Shown one piece after another: positions 46,601 through 55,705 of a stretch of 64,000 nucleotides of DNA; the first letter of the stretch is position 1; each line of letters begins with the position of its first letter. The notes beneath the pieces were generated by a model. That model saw nothing but the letters and a program-made list of their open reading frames with translations, was not told the origin of the DNA and ran no database searches. The stretch comes from Flavobacteriaceae bacterium (GTDB lineage: Bacteria; Bacteroidota; Bacteroidia; Flavobacteriales; Flavobacteriaceae), in NCBI GenBank assembly GCA_002862705.1, contig PKDU01000017.1, forward strand, positions 54,894 through 118,893, in the 5' to 3' direction. The translations under genes were made by a program, and so were the position numbers.

Positions 46601-48194
46601 GAAAGTAAACCCATACATTGCATCGGTGCGAAATTCAACGCCTTACGTTGGCTTAATTTCCCCACCTCCGCACCACGATATTTATTCCATTGAGGACTTG
46701 GCGCAATTGATTTATGACCTTAAAAATGCCAATAGAGAGGCGCGTGTCAATGTGAAGCTTGTTTCTGAAGTAGGCGTTGGAACCATTGCTGCTGGTGTTG
46801 CAAAAGCAAAAGCAGATGTGGTATTAATCTCTGGATTTGACGGGGGTACGGGTGCATCGCCACTCACATCGCTCAAACACGCTGGATTGCCATGGGAATT
46901 GGGAATTGCCGAAGCACAACAAACCTTGGTGATGAACGACCTCCGTGGTCGTATCGTGATGGAATGCGATGGGCAAATGAAAACAGGACGCGACGTAGCC
47001 GTAGCCTGCTTGCTTGGTGCAGAAGAATTTGGGTTCTCCACTGCCCCGCTAGTTGCTTCTGGCTGTATTATGATGCGTGCATGTCACCTCAACACCTGTC
47101 CGGTGGGCATTGCCACACAAGACCCAGAACTGCGTAAAAACTTTAAAGGAAAGCCTGAGCATGTCATCAACTTTATGCACTATGTTGCAGAAGAATTGCG
47201 TGCCATTATGGCAGAACTAGGGTTCAGATCTATTGACGAAATGGTTGGCCAAAGCCAAAAACTCAACATGAATACGGCCATTGAGCACTATAAGGCACAA
47301 GGCATTGATTTGTCAGCTATCTTATACAAACCCGAGGTTGGGGAGAACGTACCCCTACGCAACGTGAGCAAACAAGATCACGGGCTAGACAACGTACTAG
47401 ATGTGGAAATCGTTTCAAAAGCACAGAAAGCCATCATTAAAAAAGAGGCACAAACACTTTCGTTTGACATTAAGAATACGAATCGTAGTGTTGGCGCCCT
47501 TTTAAGTAATGAGATTTCAAAAGCACATGGACGTGATGGACTTCCGCCAGACACGCTAAAGCTGTTTTTTACAGGAGCTGCGGGTCAGAGTTTTGGCTGT
47601 TTTGCAACCAAAGGACTTCATATGGAAGTAACCGGAAACGCCAATGACTATTTTGGAAAAGGACTGTCTGGTGCAAGGCTGGTAGCCAAAGTTCCTGAAA
47701 CAGCAACCTTTAAGCCCGAAGAGAATATCATCATCGGAAACGTAGCGCTGTATGGTGCCACCGCTGGTGAGGCTTACATCAACGGAATTGCTGGAGAGCG
47801 TTTCTGTGTACGGAATTCAGGATCCATTGCCGTAGTTGAAGGTATTGGCGACCACGGTTGCGAATACATGACGGGGGGTGAAGCCATTATCTTAGGTAAG
47901 ATAGGACGCAACTTTGCTGCTGGTATGAGTGGCGGAATCGCCTATATTTATGCCAAAGACGGTATTTTTGACGATCGCAACTTCAATATGGAAATGATTG
48001 GCTTAGAAGACTTGAGCGACGCCGACACCGACCACGTCCAAAGCTTAATACAAAATCACGTTACGTATACGGGTAGCCCACTGGGGTCTGAACTATTAAA
48101 AAATTGGAAAACAACACAAAAGCACTTTATCAAGGTAATGCCTACCGATTATAAAGCAGCTCTTGAACGCATGGCGCAAGAACAAAAAGCATAA
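43695..48194 (+). CDS. gltB: glutamate synthase large subunit
   Basis: 1499 aa. Ntn amidotransferase start [12 protein letters not shown]/3Fe-4S central domains, and C-terminal GXGXG repeats. Confidence 0.97.
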   Translation: MLPNPQGLYHPENEHDNCGAGFICSLKGKRTNDIIHKALDILVKLEHRGAVSADGKTGDGAGILIDIPHDFLTDVLSFKLPEPQKYALGMVFLPQKLNQRTHCIEIFEEELARQDLAIIGWRDVPTNYDVIGRIGAQTLPNIKQVFVKDATGKLTEDQLNTKAYIARKRAEHRVFGSKMSQSTYFYLPSFSTRTVIYKGLLMPEDIEGFYLDLKDPRVVTRLALVHQRFSTNTFPTWDLAQPFRYMCHNGEINTYRGNVMRMKAREELFANDFFGDDMAHITPIVLPGKSDSSSMDMVVELLLHSGRSLPEVMMMLVPEAWEKHQSMDPAKKDFYAYNACIMEPWDGPASVPFTDGKFIGALLDRNGLRPSRYTVTKDGYVVMSSETGVIDIDPANVSLHGRLEPGRMFLVDMEEGRIIEDREVKEKIAAKHPYGDWLKENLLPLKEVPYTGNKTPVEAEPFIKRLQAFGYTEEDIKTLITPMSTLGKEAIGSMGTDTPLAVLSSKPQLLYNYFKQLFAQVTNPPLDGIREEIVTDTSMSVGSDANIFDVIPAHAKKLNIQNPIISNEDLDKIKFIEHDDFKSKSVKALYVAKEGNNGLERALEDLLKSVVKEVEDGANIIILSDRGINKDMAPMPMLLACAFVHHGVMKHNLRSKFGIIIESAEPREPHHFASLFGYGASAINPYMVNEIIVYQVEKGAIKGLSAENAIANFNKAIAKGLVKIMNKIGISTLHSYRGAQIFEALGLSKKFVDTYFCNTATRIEGIGLKEVEQEIAKRHEFAFGQKAAGEGVDLEIGGSYRWRRNGEAHMLNPASIAKLQLATKKGSYDTFEEYSKLVNDQTKQLMTLRGMFEFTDLDPIPIEEVEPWTKIVKRFKTGAMSLGSISEEAHENLAKAMNRIGGKSNSGEGGEDPRRFTRDEDGEWRNSAIKQVASGRFGVSSHYLTNAREIQIKMAQGAKPGEGGQLPGPKVNPYIASVRNSTPYVGLISPPPHHDIYSIEDLAQLIYDLKNANREARVNVKLVSEVGVGTIAAGVAKAKADVVLISGFDGGTGASPLTSLKHAGLPWELGIAEAQQTLVMNDLRGRIVMECDGQMKTGRDVAVACLLGAEEFGFSTAPLVASGCIMMRACHLNTCPVGIATQDPELRKNFKGKPEHVINFMHYVAEELRAIMAELGFRSIDEMVGQSQKLNMNTAIEHYKAQGIDLSAILYKPEVGENVPLRNVSKQDHGLDNVLDVEIVSKAQKAIIKKEAQTLSFDIKNTNRSVGALLSNEISKAHGRDGLPPDTLKLFFTGAAGQSFGCFATKGLHMEVTGNANDYFGKGLSGARLVAKVPETATFKPEENIIIGNVALYGATAGEAYINGIAGERFCVRNSGSIAVVEGIGDHGCEYMTGGEAIILGKIGRNFAAGMSGGIAYIYAKDGIFDDRNFNMEMIGLEDLSDADTDHVQSLIQNHVTYTGSPLGSELLKNWKTTQKHFIKVMPTDYKAALERMAQEQKA

Positions 48195-48196
48195 TT

Positions 48197-49660
48197 ATGG
48201 GAAAGTTAAGAGGATTTATGGAACACGAGCGCGTCAACGAACAGAACATAGCTGTTCAAGACCGCGTTAAGAACTACAAGGAATTTACGGTAACTCCTAG
48301 CGAAGAAACGCTACAGGAGCAAGGCGCACGCTGCATGGATTGCGGTGTTCCGTTTTGCCACAGTGGTTGTCCGTTGGGGAATATGATTCCCGATTTTAAC
48401 GATGCTGTGTACCGCAACGAATGGGAAAAAGCCCTTCGTATTCTACACACTACCAACAACTTCCCTGAATTTACGGGGAGGCTCTGCCCTGCTCCGTGTG
48501 AAGCAGCTTGTGTGTTGGGCATCATCAACCCACCTGTCTCTATTGAGATGATTGAAAAATATATTGTTGAGCGTGGATTTAAAGAAGGATGGATCAAAGC
48601 TGTTCCGCCGGAAAGCCGCACGGGAAAAACCGTTGCCGTTATTGGCTCGGGGCCCGCAGGACTTGCTGCTGCCCAACAGCTCAACCGTGCCGGACATACG
48701 GTTACCGTATTTGAACGCGACGAAAAAGTAGGCGGATTGCTCCGCTATGGTATTCCAGATTTTAAGATGGAAAAAAACGTTATCGACAGACGTTTGGCTA
48801 TTTTGGAAGAAGAAGGCATCCTGTTTAAAACGGGTGTTGAGGTTGGAAAAAACATGCCTGTTACCGATCTAGACGCTTTTGATGCTGTTGTGCTTTGTGG
48901 TGGTGCTACCATCCGCAGAAGATTGCCCATTCCTGGAGCTGATCTACCTGGCGTAGTACAAGCCATGGACTTCTTACCCAAGAGCAACCGCTGGGTAGAC
49001 GGCCAAACTGAAGTAGACGACGCCTTGCACGCTGGCAACAAAAACGTAGTTGTTATTGGTGGTGGTGATACGGGCTCGGATTGTATTGGAACCTCGAACA
49101 GACAGGGCGCGACTAGCGTTACCAACTTTGAGATTATGCCCAAGCCGGCTGAGACACGCACCGAAGATCATCCATGGCCATTTTGGCCCTTTAAGCTGAA
49201 GACCACTTCCTCACACGAAGAGGGTATTCACCGTGAGTGGAGCATCATGACCAAAGAATTTATTGCTGATGACAAAGGGCATTTAAAAGGGCTTAAAACC
49301 GTGAACGTGCGTTGGGAGAAACCAGAAGATGGCGGAAGACCACAACTTATCGAAGAGCCTAATTCTGAAAAGGAATGGCCGTGTGAATTGGCGTTGTTGG
49401 CGCTTGGCTTCACTGGGCCTGAGCCCACGCTCGCCGAGCGTTTGGGTCTTGATCAAGATGAGCGTACCAACGTAAAAGGAAATGAAAAATACCAAACAAA
49501 TGTACTCCATATTTTCACTGCTGGTGATATGCGTCGTGGGCAATCGCTAATTGTTTGGGCCATTTCGGAAGGGCGTGAGGCTGCCCATCACGTAGATGCC
49601 TTTTTGATGGGATCATCCAAATTGCCTATCAAAGAGGGTGGTGACTTGCCAAACGGCTAA
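48197..49660 (+). CDS. gltD: glutamate synthase small subunit (NADPH)
   Basis: 487 aa. CMDCGVPFC and CPAPCEAAC Fe-S motifs, plus VIGSGPAGLAAA and VIGGGDTGSDC dinucleotide folds. Confidence 0.96.
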   Translation: MGKLRGFMEHERVNEQNIAVQDRVKNYKEFTVTPSEETLQEQGARCMDCGVPFCHSGCPLGNMIPDFNDAVYRNEWEKALRILHTTNNFPEFTGRLCPAPCEAACVLGIINPPVSIEMIEKYIVERGFKEGWIKAVPPESRTGKTVAVIGSGPAGLAAAQQLNRAGHTVTVFERDEKVGGLLRYGIPDFKMEKNVIDRRLAILEEEGILFKTGVEVGKNMPVTDLDAFDAVVLCGGATIRRRLPIPGADLPGVVQAMDFLPKSNRWVDGQTEVDDALHAGNKNVVVIGGGDTGSDCIGTSNRQGATSVTNFEIMPKPAETRTEDHPWPFWPFKLKTTSSHEEGIHREWSIMTKEFIADDKGHLKGLKTVNVRWEKPEDGGRPQLIEEPNSEKEWPCELALLALGFTGPEPTLAERLGLDQDERTNVKGNEKYQTNVLHIFTAGDMRRGQSLIVWAISEGREAAHHVDAFLMGSSKLPIKEGGDLPNG

Positions 49661-49661
49661 G

Positions 49662-51704
49662 CTACTGGAAGAAATTCCAAACCAATCCAAAACGAAACAG
49701 CATATCTCGATAGGGATATCCAGGTGCTGCGTAATAATTTGCTGCTTTTCGGTTGGCATTGACATGCTCAAAGACAAAGAACAAACGCGTCTGTCTGATT
49801 TTCATATTAAAGAATGCATTGACAATAGGGTAGCCTTCAATTTCTTGGTGCGGCTGCACCACAAACGCAGCGAGTAAGGGATGATAAGCACGCATCTTAT
49901 AGGAAGAGAAATAACGTGCACTAACACCCAAATTTAAGAATAAGGCATTTTCAAACCAGTGGTCTTCATAATACAAGGCCGTACGTCCAATAAAACTAGG
50001 CATCGGCATCACTTCTTTATTATCGCTCAACTGTTGGCCACGTAGTTTCATATCCATGCGGAACACGCCCCATTTAACACCCGTTTCCAAATCCAATTGC
50101 AATAGATTGATACCCCGTGTCAACTGCATGGGCGTTACCGCAAGTGAAGCAGCATCGGGCTGCAGGTAATAGGCGTAGTTGTTGATATGGGTCGTGGTAA
50201 GGGATAGTTTACCAAAATGAGGGTGTGAGAGTTGCGCAAAAATTGCAGTACGCTGCTCCATTTCAGGTGTGTTTTTCCATTGGTAGTCAGCATAGCTACT
50301 GGTAAATTGCTCAAACACAAACCCTGGATGCTGTTGCTGCCAACGCAAACCAGCTGTTAGCGTAAAAGACGAAAACAGCGGTTGTTTTATTTCGCCAAAT
50401 ACGTAGTTCCCAATGCGATCTCCGCTGATGCCGATTTCGGCTGAAGCACGAAAATCCAAGCTACCAAATCGCTTGCGCCATTCTCCACCCACGGCGTAGG
50501 CATCTTCATTTATGGAGGGATTAACAAGTTGTTCCGCTTCCTTATAGCTGTATTTATGGTGCCGTATGTGACCCGAAAACCAACCTATGGTAGGACTTGT
50601 GAGTATGGTATAGGCATCAAATTGACGAAGGCTGTAATATACATGGTCATAGGGCTTCGTGAGGTTAGCTGCCAAATCCCCATAACCGCTATAGGCTTGG
50701 TCTTGACTAAAGCGATTGTCTTGAATATCACTTTGCATGCGGTATCCGAGACGCAAACGAGGCGTCTGAAGTGAATCATTGGAGCTTAGCAGCAAATAGT
50801 CTTGTTCCAATACGTAACGTTTCCCGATAAAGTTATTGGTGGCATTTTCAAAGTTTACCTCTAGGCGTTCTCGGTCAAAAAATTCATCATCACCCGACTC
50901 AAAATCTTGGATGGAGGCTTCGTTTAGTCCGCCGTTTTCTTGCTGTGAAATTTTTTGATTCATGATTTGCAAGCGCAGGCGATACCGTCCGTTGGGATTT
51001 TCATAGCGTGTGCTAAAGCGCAACTGGCTGCGCCCCGATATTTGGTGTTGGTATTTTCCCAAGGAGCGGTGTCCGCGGTAGCCAATGGCATAGTTAAGTC
51101 TTGGGTGGATATTGGCCGTGATAAGCACATCGGTGGATTGCCCTTGCGATTGGGTAGTTTTAAAGAACAGCTCGGACAGCGGCGTTGGCACGTGGTAATA
51201 GCCAAACTGATGTGGCAGAAAGCGTTGGCTTTCTTTGGCCTTAAAACCAACGGCTGGTGCGGTTTCCTTATGCCACGTTTCTAAGGACAAGGGGTTTAGA
51301 GCTTGGCCGGAGTTGTTCAGTGGCAGATAGGCAAAGTTATCGCTTCGCTGGCTGTTGAACTTGTAGTATTTGGCCATGGTGAGCGTGGTATCCACGTGGA
51401 TGGTATCCCGGGCCTGACTGATGATAAGGTAATCTGTAATGCTGATGTCGGCGTCAGTAGCGTTAACTGATAAAGAATCTAAGGCGTTTGCATTAGATGA
51501 ATTAGGGGTGATTTTTTTCTCATTGATGCGTTTGGGCAGCTGTGGTCCTGTTGGTGGGGGTTTGGCTTGCGCCAAAACAAAGAGAGGAAAACACAAGAAA
51601 AGAAATATTCGCAGCACGCTTAACTGTTTTAGCAAAGGTATTGATTTCGAAAACAACAGTTGCTTGGGCTTTAAACGATTTTTTGTTAACTTAGCGTTAA
51701 GCAT
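49662..51704 (-). CDS. outer-membrane beta-barrel protein (putative porin family)
   Basis: 680 aa with a signal peptide, alternating beta-strand pattern, many aromatic girdle residues, and a C-terminal ...FRFGLVWNFFQ. Confidence 0.5.
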   Translation of the reverse strand: MLNAKLTKNRLKPKQLLFSKSIPLLKQLSVLRIFLFLCFPLFVLAQAKPPPTGPQLPKRINEKKITPNSSNANALDSLSVNATDADISITDYLIISQARDTIHVDTTLTMAKYYKFNSQRSDNFAYLPLNNSGQALNPLSLETWHKETAPAVGFKAKESQRFLPHQFGYYHVPTPLSELFFKTTQSQGQSTDVLITANIHPRLNYAIGYRGHRSLGKYQHQISGRSQLRFSTRYENPNGRYRLRLQIMNQKISQQENGGLNEASIQDFESGDDEFFDRERLEVNFENATNNFIGKRYVLEQDYLLLSSNDSLQTPRLRLGYRMQSDIQDNRFSQDQAYSGYGDLAANLTKPYDHVYYSLRQFDAYTILTSPTIGWFSGHIRHHKYSYKEAEQLVNPSINEDAYAVGGEWRKRFGSLDFRASAEIGISGDRIGNYVFGEIKQPLFSSFTLTAGLRWQQQHPGFVFEQFTSSYADYQWKNTPEMEQRTAIFAQLSHPHFGKLSLTTTHINNYAYYLQPDAASLAVTPMQLTRGINLLQLDLETGVKWGVFRMDMKLRGQQLSDNKEVMPMPSFIGRTALYYEDHWFENALFLNLGVSARYFSSYKMRAYHPLLAAFVVQPHQEIEGYPIVNAFFNMKIRQTRLFFVFEHVNANRKAANYYAAPGYPYRDMLFRFGLVWNFFQ

Positions 51705-51750
51705 TACGCCTAAACCTCCCCTCCCATTTCTTTTGTATTTTAGACCCTAG

Positions 51751-52344
51751 ATGCAAACACAGCTTACCCAAACCCTAGAGTGTGGAACCGATGAAGCTGG
51801 GCGTGGCTGTTTGGCAGGACCTGTCACCGCAGCTGCTGTGATCCTACCCGCGTCCTATACCCACCCCCTACTCAACGATTCCAAAAAGCTCAACGCAAAA
51901 CAACGCCAGGCCCTAAGAGAAGAAATCAAAAATGTGGCACTGGCCTATGGCATTGCGCACGTATCGCCCAAAAGAATTGACGAAATCAACATACTAAACG
52001 CTTCCATAGAGGCCATGCAGCTTGCCATAGACGCTATGGCGCGCGTACCCGAAACCATCCTCGTAGACGGCAATAAATTCAAGCCCTACCAAGACATTCC
52101 GCACCACTGCATCATTGGGGGCGATGGCAAATACCGCAACATAGCGGCTGCGTCCATACTGGCAAAAACCACCAGAGACGACCTCATGCTCGATTACCAC
52201 CAAAAGCATCCGCACTACGGCTGGGATACCAACAAAGGTTACCCAACCGCCCAACACCGCAATGGCATCCGAATACATGGAGCTGTTGACATACACCGTA
52301 AAACTTTTGCATTATTGCCCAAACAACTCTCTTTAGATTTATAA
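51751..52344 (+). CDS. rnhB: ribonuclease HII
   Basis: 197 aa. [14 protein letters not shown] catalytic DE motif and DSKKL. Confidence 0.94.
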   Translation: MQTQLTQTLECGTDEAGRGCLAGPVTAAAVILPASYTHPLLNDSKKLNAKQRQALREEIKNVALAYGIAHVSPKRIDEINILNASIEAMQLAIDAMARVPETILVDGNKFKPYQDIPHHCIIGGDGKYRNIAAASILAKTTRDDLMLDYHQKHPHYGWDTNKGYPTAQHRNGIRIHGAVDIHRKTFALLPKQLSLDL

Positions 52345-52349
52345 ATTTG
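52342..52349 (+). promoter_or_regulatory. candidate -7 box TAAATTTG, 4 nt before the ATG at 52354
   Basis: Matches TAnnTTTG and overlaps the rnhB stop codon. Confidence 0.3.
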
Positions 52350-52353
52350 TACT

Positions 52354-54771
52354 ATGAATCGATTGTTGCTCTTTGGTGCCTGCATCCTTTTAATTGGCTG
52401 TCAATACAAACAAAACACAACCGACTCCCTTCTGGGGTATTTACCAAATAATGCGGTGGTGGTACTGAAAAGTAGCGCTTTTAAGTCGCTGCATGATTAC
52501 AGCAACCAACAAGATGCTGCCATGGCAGCAGCAACGCTATTGCCAGCGTTCTTCGAAGAATTAAACCAAATAGCACCCAACACCGCCGGGCAATTGAGCT
52601 TTCACCCCGAAGGAAAAGGCCAACTTATTCCGCTGTTGATTAGCCAACAAAAACCTGCTTACAGCGACACCGTTTCCGTTGACACCCTACAATACAACAA
52701 AACGCGCCTGCTGAAAAGAAATACCAATCCGCCAACCTATTACGCCAGTTGGGACAGCCTACACTTTAGCTCGCCCAGCAAATTGCTACTGGAAAGTAGC
52801 ATTCGCCTTAGATTCACTCCCAACAGTATTGATGTTGAGCTCAAACAGCTTTATGACAACGCCACAGAAGATCACACTTTTTTTGTGTCTCAAGACATTG
52901 CGCCGTATTTCAATACGCTTTTTAACGACATAAACCCCGTGCCGTGGTCGCAGTGGAGCAAGTGGACCGCCATTGTGCCAACGGTCAATAGCAACGGGGT
53001 GTATATGCAAGCCTATGGCGTGATGGATGCCAGCGGTGCCTCTCGCCTGTCCTTCCTCCAAAACCAAGACAGTGCCTTGCAAGATTTAGCTGCGCATATT
53101 CCTAGTAACGTCAATACGGTTCAAGCTTTTAGTTTTGATTTAGACACCTATAACAAAGCCGCACTGCGCTTTAGGGCAACACACAATTTGCCCGAAACCC
53201 CTGTAGACTCGCTGCTGATAGGCACTGCGCAGCTTGCCCAACTAAAACTTGGAAATGAAACCGTGTTATTGATTAAAACAAACAAGCTACCCGACGATAT
53301 AAAACAAACCTTAGCGAAAAAATCCAAGGCGCAATTCACAACGGAACAACAAACACTCTATGCCTTTTCCGATGAGCATACCATCACTAACCTGCTACCG
53401 CCCATACTAAAGCAAAACAGCTATGCTTTTGCTACATTGCTAAACGAACACCTCTATTTGGGAACTTCCAAGACTGCATTGGAGTCGGTGATTTATGCAC
53501 TTAACAAAGACGATGTTTTAACACAAAACGAACGCTTTAAAACCTATGTTAAAACGCTACCCAGCCGTAGTAGTTTCTGGGGATGGTCTGCACCAGCCTA
53601 TTTTGAAGCGCAAGTAAAAAAAATGGTGCCGACATTGAGCGATGTGGCGCTAGGTACATTTAGGCAAGCAGACTATGTGGGAACGGTTGAAGGCGAGGTA
53701 TTTTATGTGGCATTAAGCCTACAGAAACCCAATGATCAAGGCAAAAAAGCACAAGCCGTTGAACTGGCAGGCACAGCAACGTTTGATACGCCTGTGATTT
53801 GGGGGCCCTATGCCGTGCATAACCACAAAACACAAGCCTTGGAATGGGTGGTGCAAGACGAGGAAAACCAACTCTATTTGTTGGATACTACTGGCGGAAT
53901 TATTTGGAAAAAACAACTTGATGATGCTATTTTAGGCCCCGTGACCCAAGTGGATTTATACCGCAACAAACGACTGCAACTGGCCTTTACGACCGCTAAA
54001 AGCTTTCAAGTTTTGGATCGCAACGGCAATGCGGTTTCGGGCTTCATCAAAAAAGGGATGCGCGCTTCCAGCACGCTTGCGGTGTTTGACTACGACAAGC
54101 AACGCAACTACCGTCTTTTATTAAGTAGCGGCAATACGTTGAGCATGTATGACAGAAGGATGAAAAAGGTGAGCGGTTGGCGCAAAACCAATTGCAATAG
54201 CGCACTGAAATACCCAGCCAAACACATTCGCATTGGCAATCGAGACTATATTGCACTTGTGCAAAAATCAGGAAAAGGAGAGCTGCTGCACCGCACCGGA
54301 AAAACACGTATTAAAATACCAACAGACGTCAAATTAACGCAAAATATATATCCCTATCAAAGTGGTTTTGTGAGCATTGACGACAAGAACAGGCTCATTA
54401 AAATAAGCACCGCGGGAAAACTCACCAAAACAGCACTACCCTTTGAAACACGCTACACCATTGCAGCAAATCGCAATACGTTGGTCACGCTTACTGAAAA
54501 CAAAGTAAGCATCAACAACTGGTTGGTGGAATTGGATTTTGGCGTTTATGCGCCTCCGCAAATTCAGGTGGTCAACAACAGAACCTATATCCTTATTTGG
54601 GACAATCAGTCCGACAAGATTTACATCTTTAATCGAGATGCCAAGTTACTGGATAGCTTTCCTGTAATAGGTCGCAAATGGGCAATGTTGGGTCAAGCGG
54701 TTCCGGGATCGGCGGTGTATTTGGCGGCACAAAACAACAGGCAAGAGCTGCGGTTTTACAAAATGCCCTAG
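52354..54771 (+). CDS. large uncharacterised lipoprotein
   Basis: 805 aa. Lipobox LLIGC at residues 12-16. No catalytic motif recognised. The C-terminal 330 aa look like repeated beta-strand blades. Confidence 0.6.
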   Translation: MNRLLLFGACILLIGCQYKQNTTDSLLGYLPNNAVVVLKSSAFKSLHDYSNQQDAAMAAATLLPAFFEELNQIAPNTAGQLSFHPEGKGQLIPLLISQQKPAYSDTVSVDTLQYNKTRLLKRNTNPPTYYASWDSLHFSSPSKLLLESSIRLRFTPNSIDVELKQLYDNATEDHTFFVSQDIAPYFNTLFNDINPVPWSQWSKWTAIVPTVNSNGVYMQAYGVMDASGASRLSFLQNQDSALQDLAAHIPSNVNTVQAFSFDLDTYNKAALRFRATHNLPETPVDSLLIGTAQLAQLKLGNETVLLIKTNKLPDDIKQTLAKKSKAQFTTEQQTLYAFSDEHTITNLLPPILKQNSYAFATLLNEHLYLGTSKTALESVIYALNKDDVLTQNERFKTYVKTLPSRSSFWGWSAPAYFEAQVKKMVPTLSDVALGTFRQADYVGTVEGEVFYVALSLQKPNDQGKKAQAVELAGTATFDTPVIWGPYAVHNHKTQALEWVVQDEENQLYLLDTTGGIIWKKQLDDAILGPVTQVDLYRNKRLQLAFTTAKSFQVLDRNGNAVSGFIKKGMRASSTLAVFDYDKQRNYRLLLSSGNTLSMYDRRMKKVSGWRKTNCNSALKYPAKHIRIGNRDYIALVQKSGKGELLHRTGKTRIKIPTDVKLTQNIYPYQSGFVSIDDKNRLIKISTAGKLTKTALPFETRYTIAANRNTLVTLTENKVSINNWLVELDFGVYAPPQIQVVNNRTYILIWDNQSDKIYIFNRDAKLLDSFPVIGRKWAMLGQAVPGSAVYLAAQNNRQELRFYKMP

Positions 54772-55472
54772 GCTATTTCAGCCTCAAAAATTCTGGAGAA
54801 GTGCCCTTCAAATTTTTTTATTACTTCTTGCATAGCAACAGCTGCACCCAATTCCTTTTCCATTGAAGTAATGGACTTATCGGCTATCCCACAGGGAATG
54901 ATATAATCGAAAAAAGACAAATCGGTATTGACATTTAGCGCAAATCCATGCATGGTTACCCAACGGCTTGTACGTATGCCCATGGCGCATATCTTACGAG
55001 GATTGGCTCCGTCAACATCTATCCAAACGCCCGTTTCGCCCTTACTCCTACTGGCTTCGATATCATAATCGGCAAGGGTAGCAATGATGCATTCCTCCAA
55101 AAAGCGCAGATACTTGTGAATGTCTGTAAAAAAACAATCCAAATCCAAAATTGGATACCCCACCAACTGTCCAGGACCGTGAAAGGTTATGTCGCCGCCG
55201 CGGTTGGTTTTAAAAAAGCTTGCCCCTTTTTCTCGCAAGGTGGTATTATTGACCAGTAAGTTGTTTTTATCTCCGCTTTTACCAAGCGTATAGACGGGCG
55301 GATGCTCAAGAAAAAGTAAGTGGTGTTGGGTTGGTGTTTGGTCTTCTGGGTTTCGGCGGTTGTGGATTTTTTGGTCAATGGTTTGCTGAAACAAATCCTG
55401 TTGTAAGGCCGTTGCGGCCTCATACGTCACCAAGCCTAATTGGCGGACGTGCACCTTTGGCTTAGGGCTCAT
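54768..55472 (-). CDS. lipB: lipoyl(octanoyl) transferase
   Basis: NRGGDITFHGPGQLVGYPI and PCG motifs. ATG 55472 (MSPKPKVHV...) is preferred over 55565. Confidence 0.92.
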   Translation of the reverse strand: MSPKPKVHVRQLGLVTYEAATALQQDLFQQTIDQKIHNRRNPEDQTPTQHHLLFLEHPPVYTLGKSGDKNNLLVNNTTLREKGASFFKTNRGGDITFHGPGQLVGYPILDLDCFFTDIHKYLRFLEECIIATLADYDIEASRSKGETGVWIDVDGANPRKICAMGIRTSRWVTMHGFALNVNTDLSFFDYIIPCGIADKSITSMEKELGAAVAMQEVIKKFEGHFSRIFEAEIA

Positions 55473-55629
55473 AATCGATCGGTCGGTTGAGAATGATGAG
55501 TGCGCCAATAACGCCAGGCACCCATGCGCAAAGGGTGAGTAAAAAAACGATAACAATAGAGCCACAGCCTCTATCCAATACGGCGAGTGGAGGAAATAGG
55601 ATGGCCAGCAGGACTCTAAATAAACTCAT
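55462..55629 (-). CDS. YqaE/Pmp3 family small membrane protein
   Basis: 55 aa from ATG 55629. MSLFRVLLAILFPPLAVLDRGCGS...WVPGVIGALIIL is the Pmp3/UPF0057 pattern. Its 3' end overlaps the lipB start by 11 nt. Confidence 0.75.
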   Translation of the reverse strand: MSLFRVLLAILFPPLAVLDRGCGSIVIVFLLTLCAWVPGVIGALIILNRPIDYEP

Positions 55630-55680
55630 GGTAGTCAAAGATACAAATTCGTGATATCTAAATAACTCATGTGCATTGGT

Positions 55681-55688
55681 TATCTTTG
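55681..55688 (+). promoter_or_regulatory. candidate -7 box TATCTTTG (lysS)
   Basis: Matches TAnnTTTG, 17 nt upstream of the ATG at 55706. Confidence 0.4.
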
Positions 55689-55705
55689 TCACAGAAAAAT
55701 TTGGG

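Noticed and set aside
44325-49543. Numerous 60-140-aa ORFs antisense to or out of frame within gltB and gltD. Similar ones occur inside ftsH, valS, the acetoacetyl-CoA synthetase gene, glmS and the porin gene.
   Set aside because: They are shadow ORFs inside long, confidently identified genes. Their translations are low-complexity (Ser/Arg/Pro-rich) with no family resemblance.
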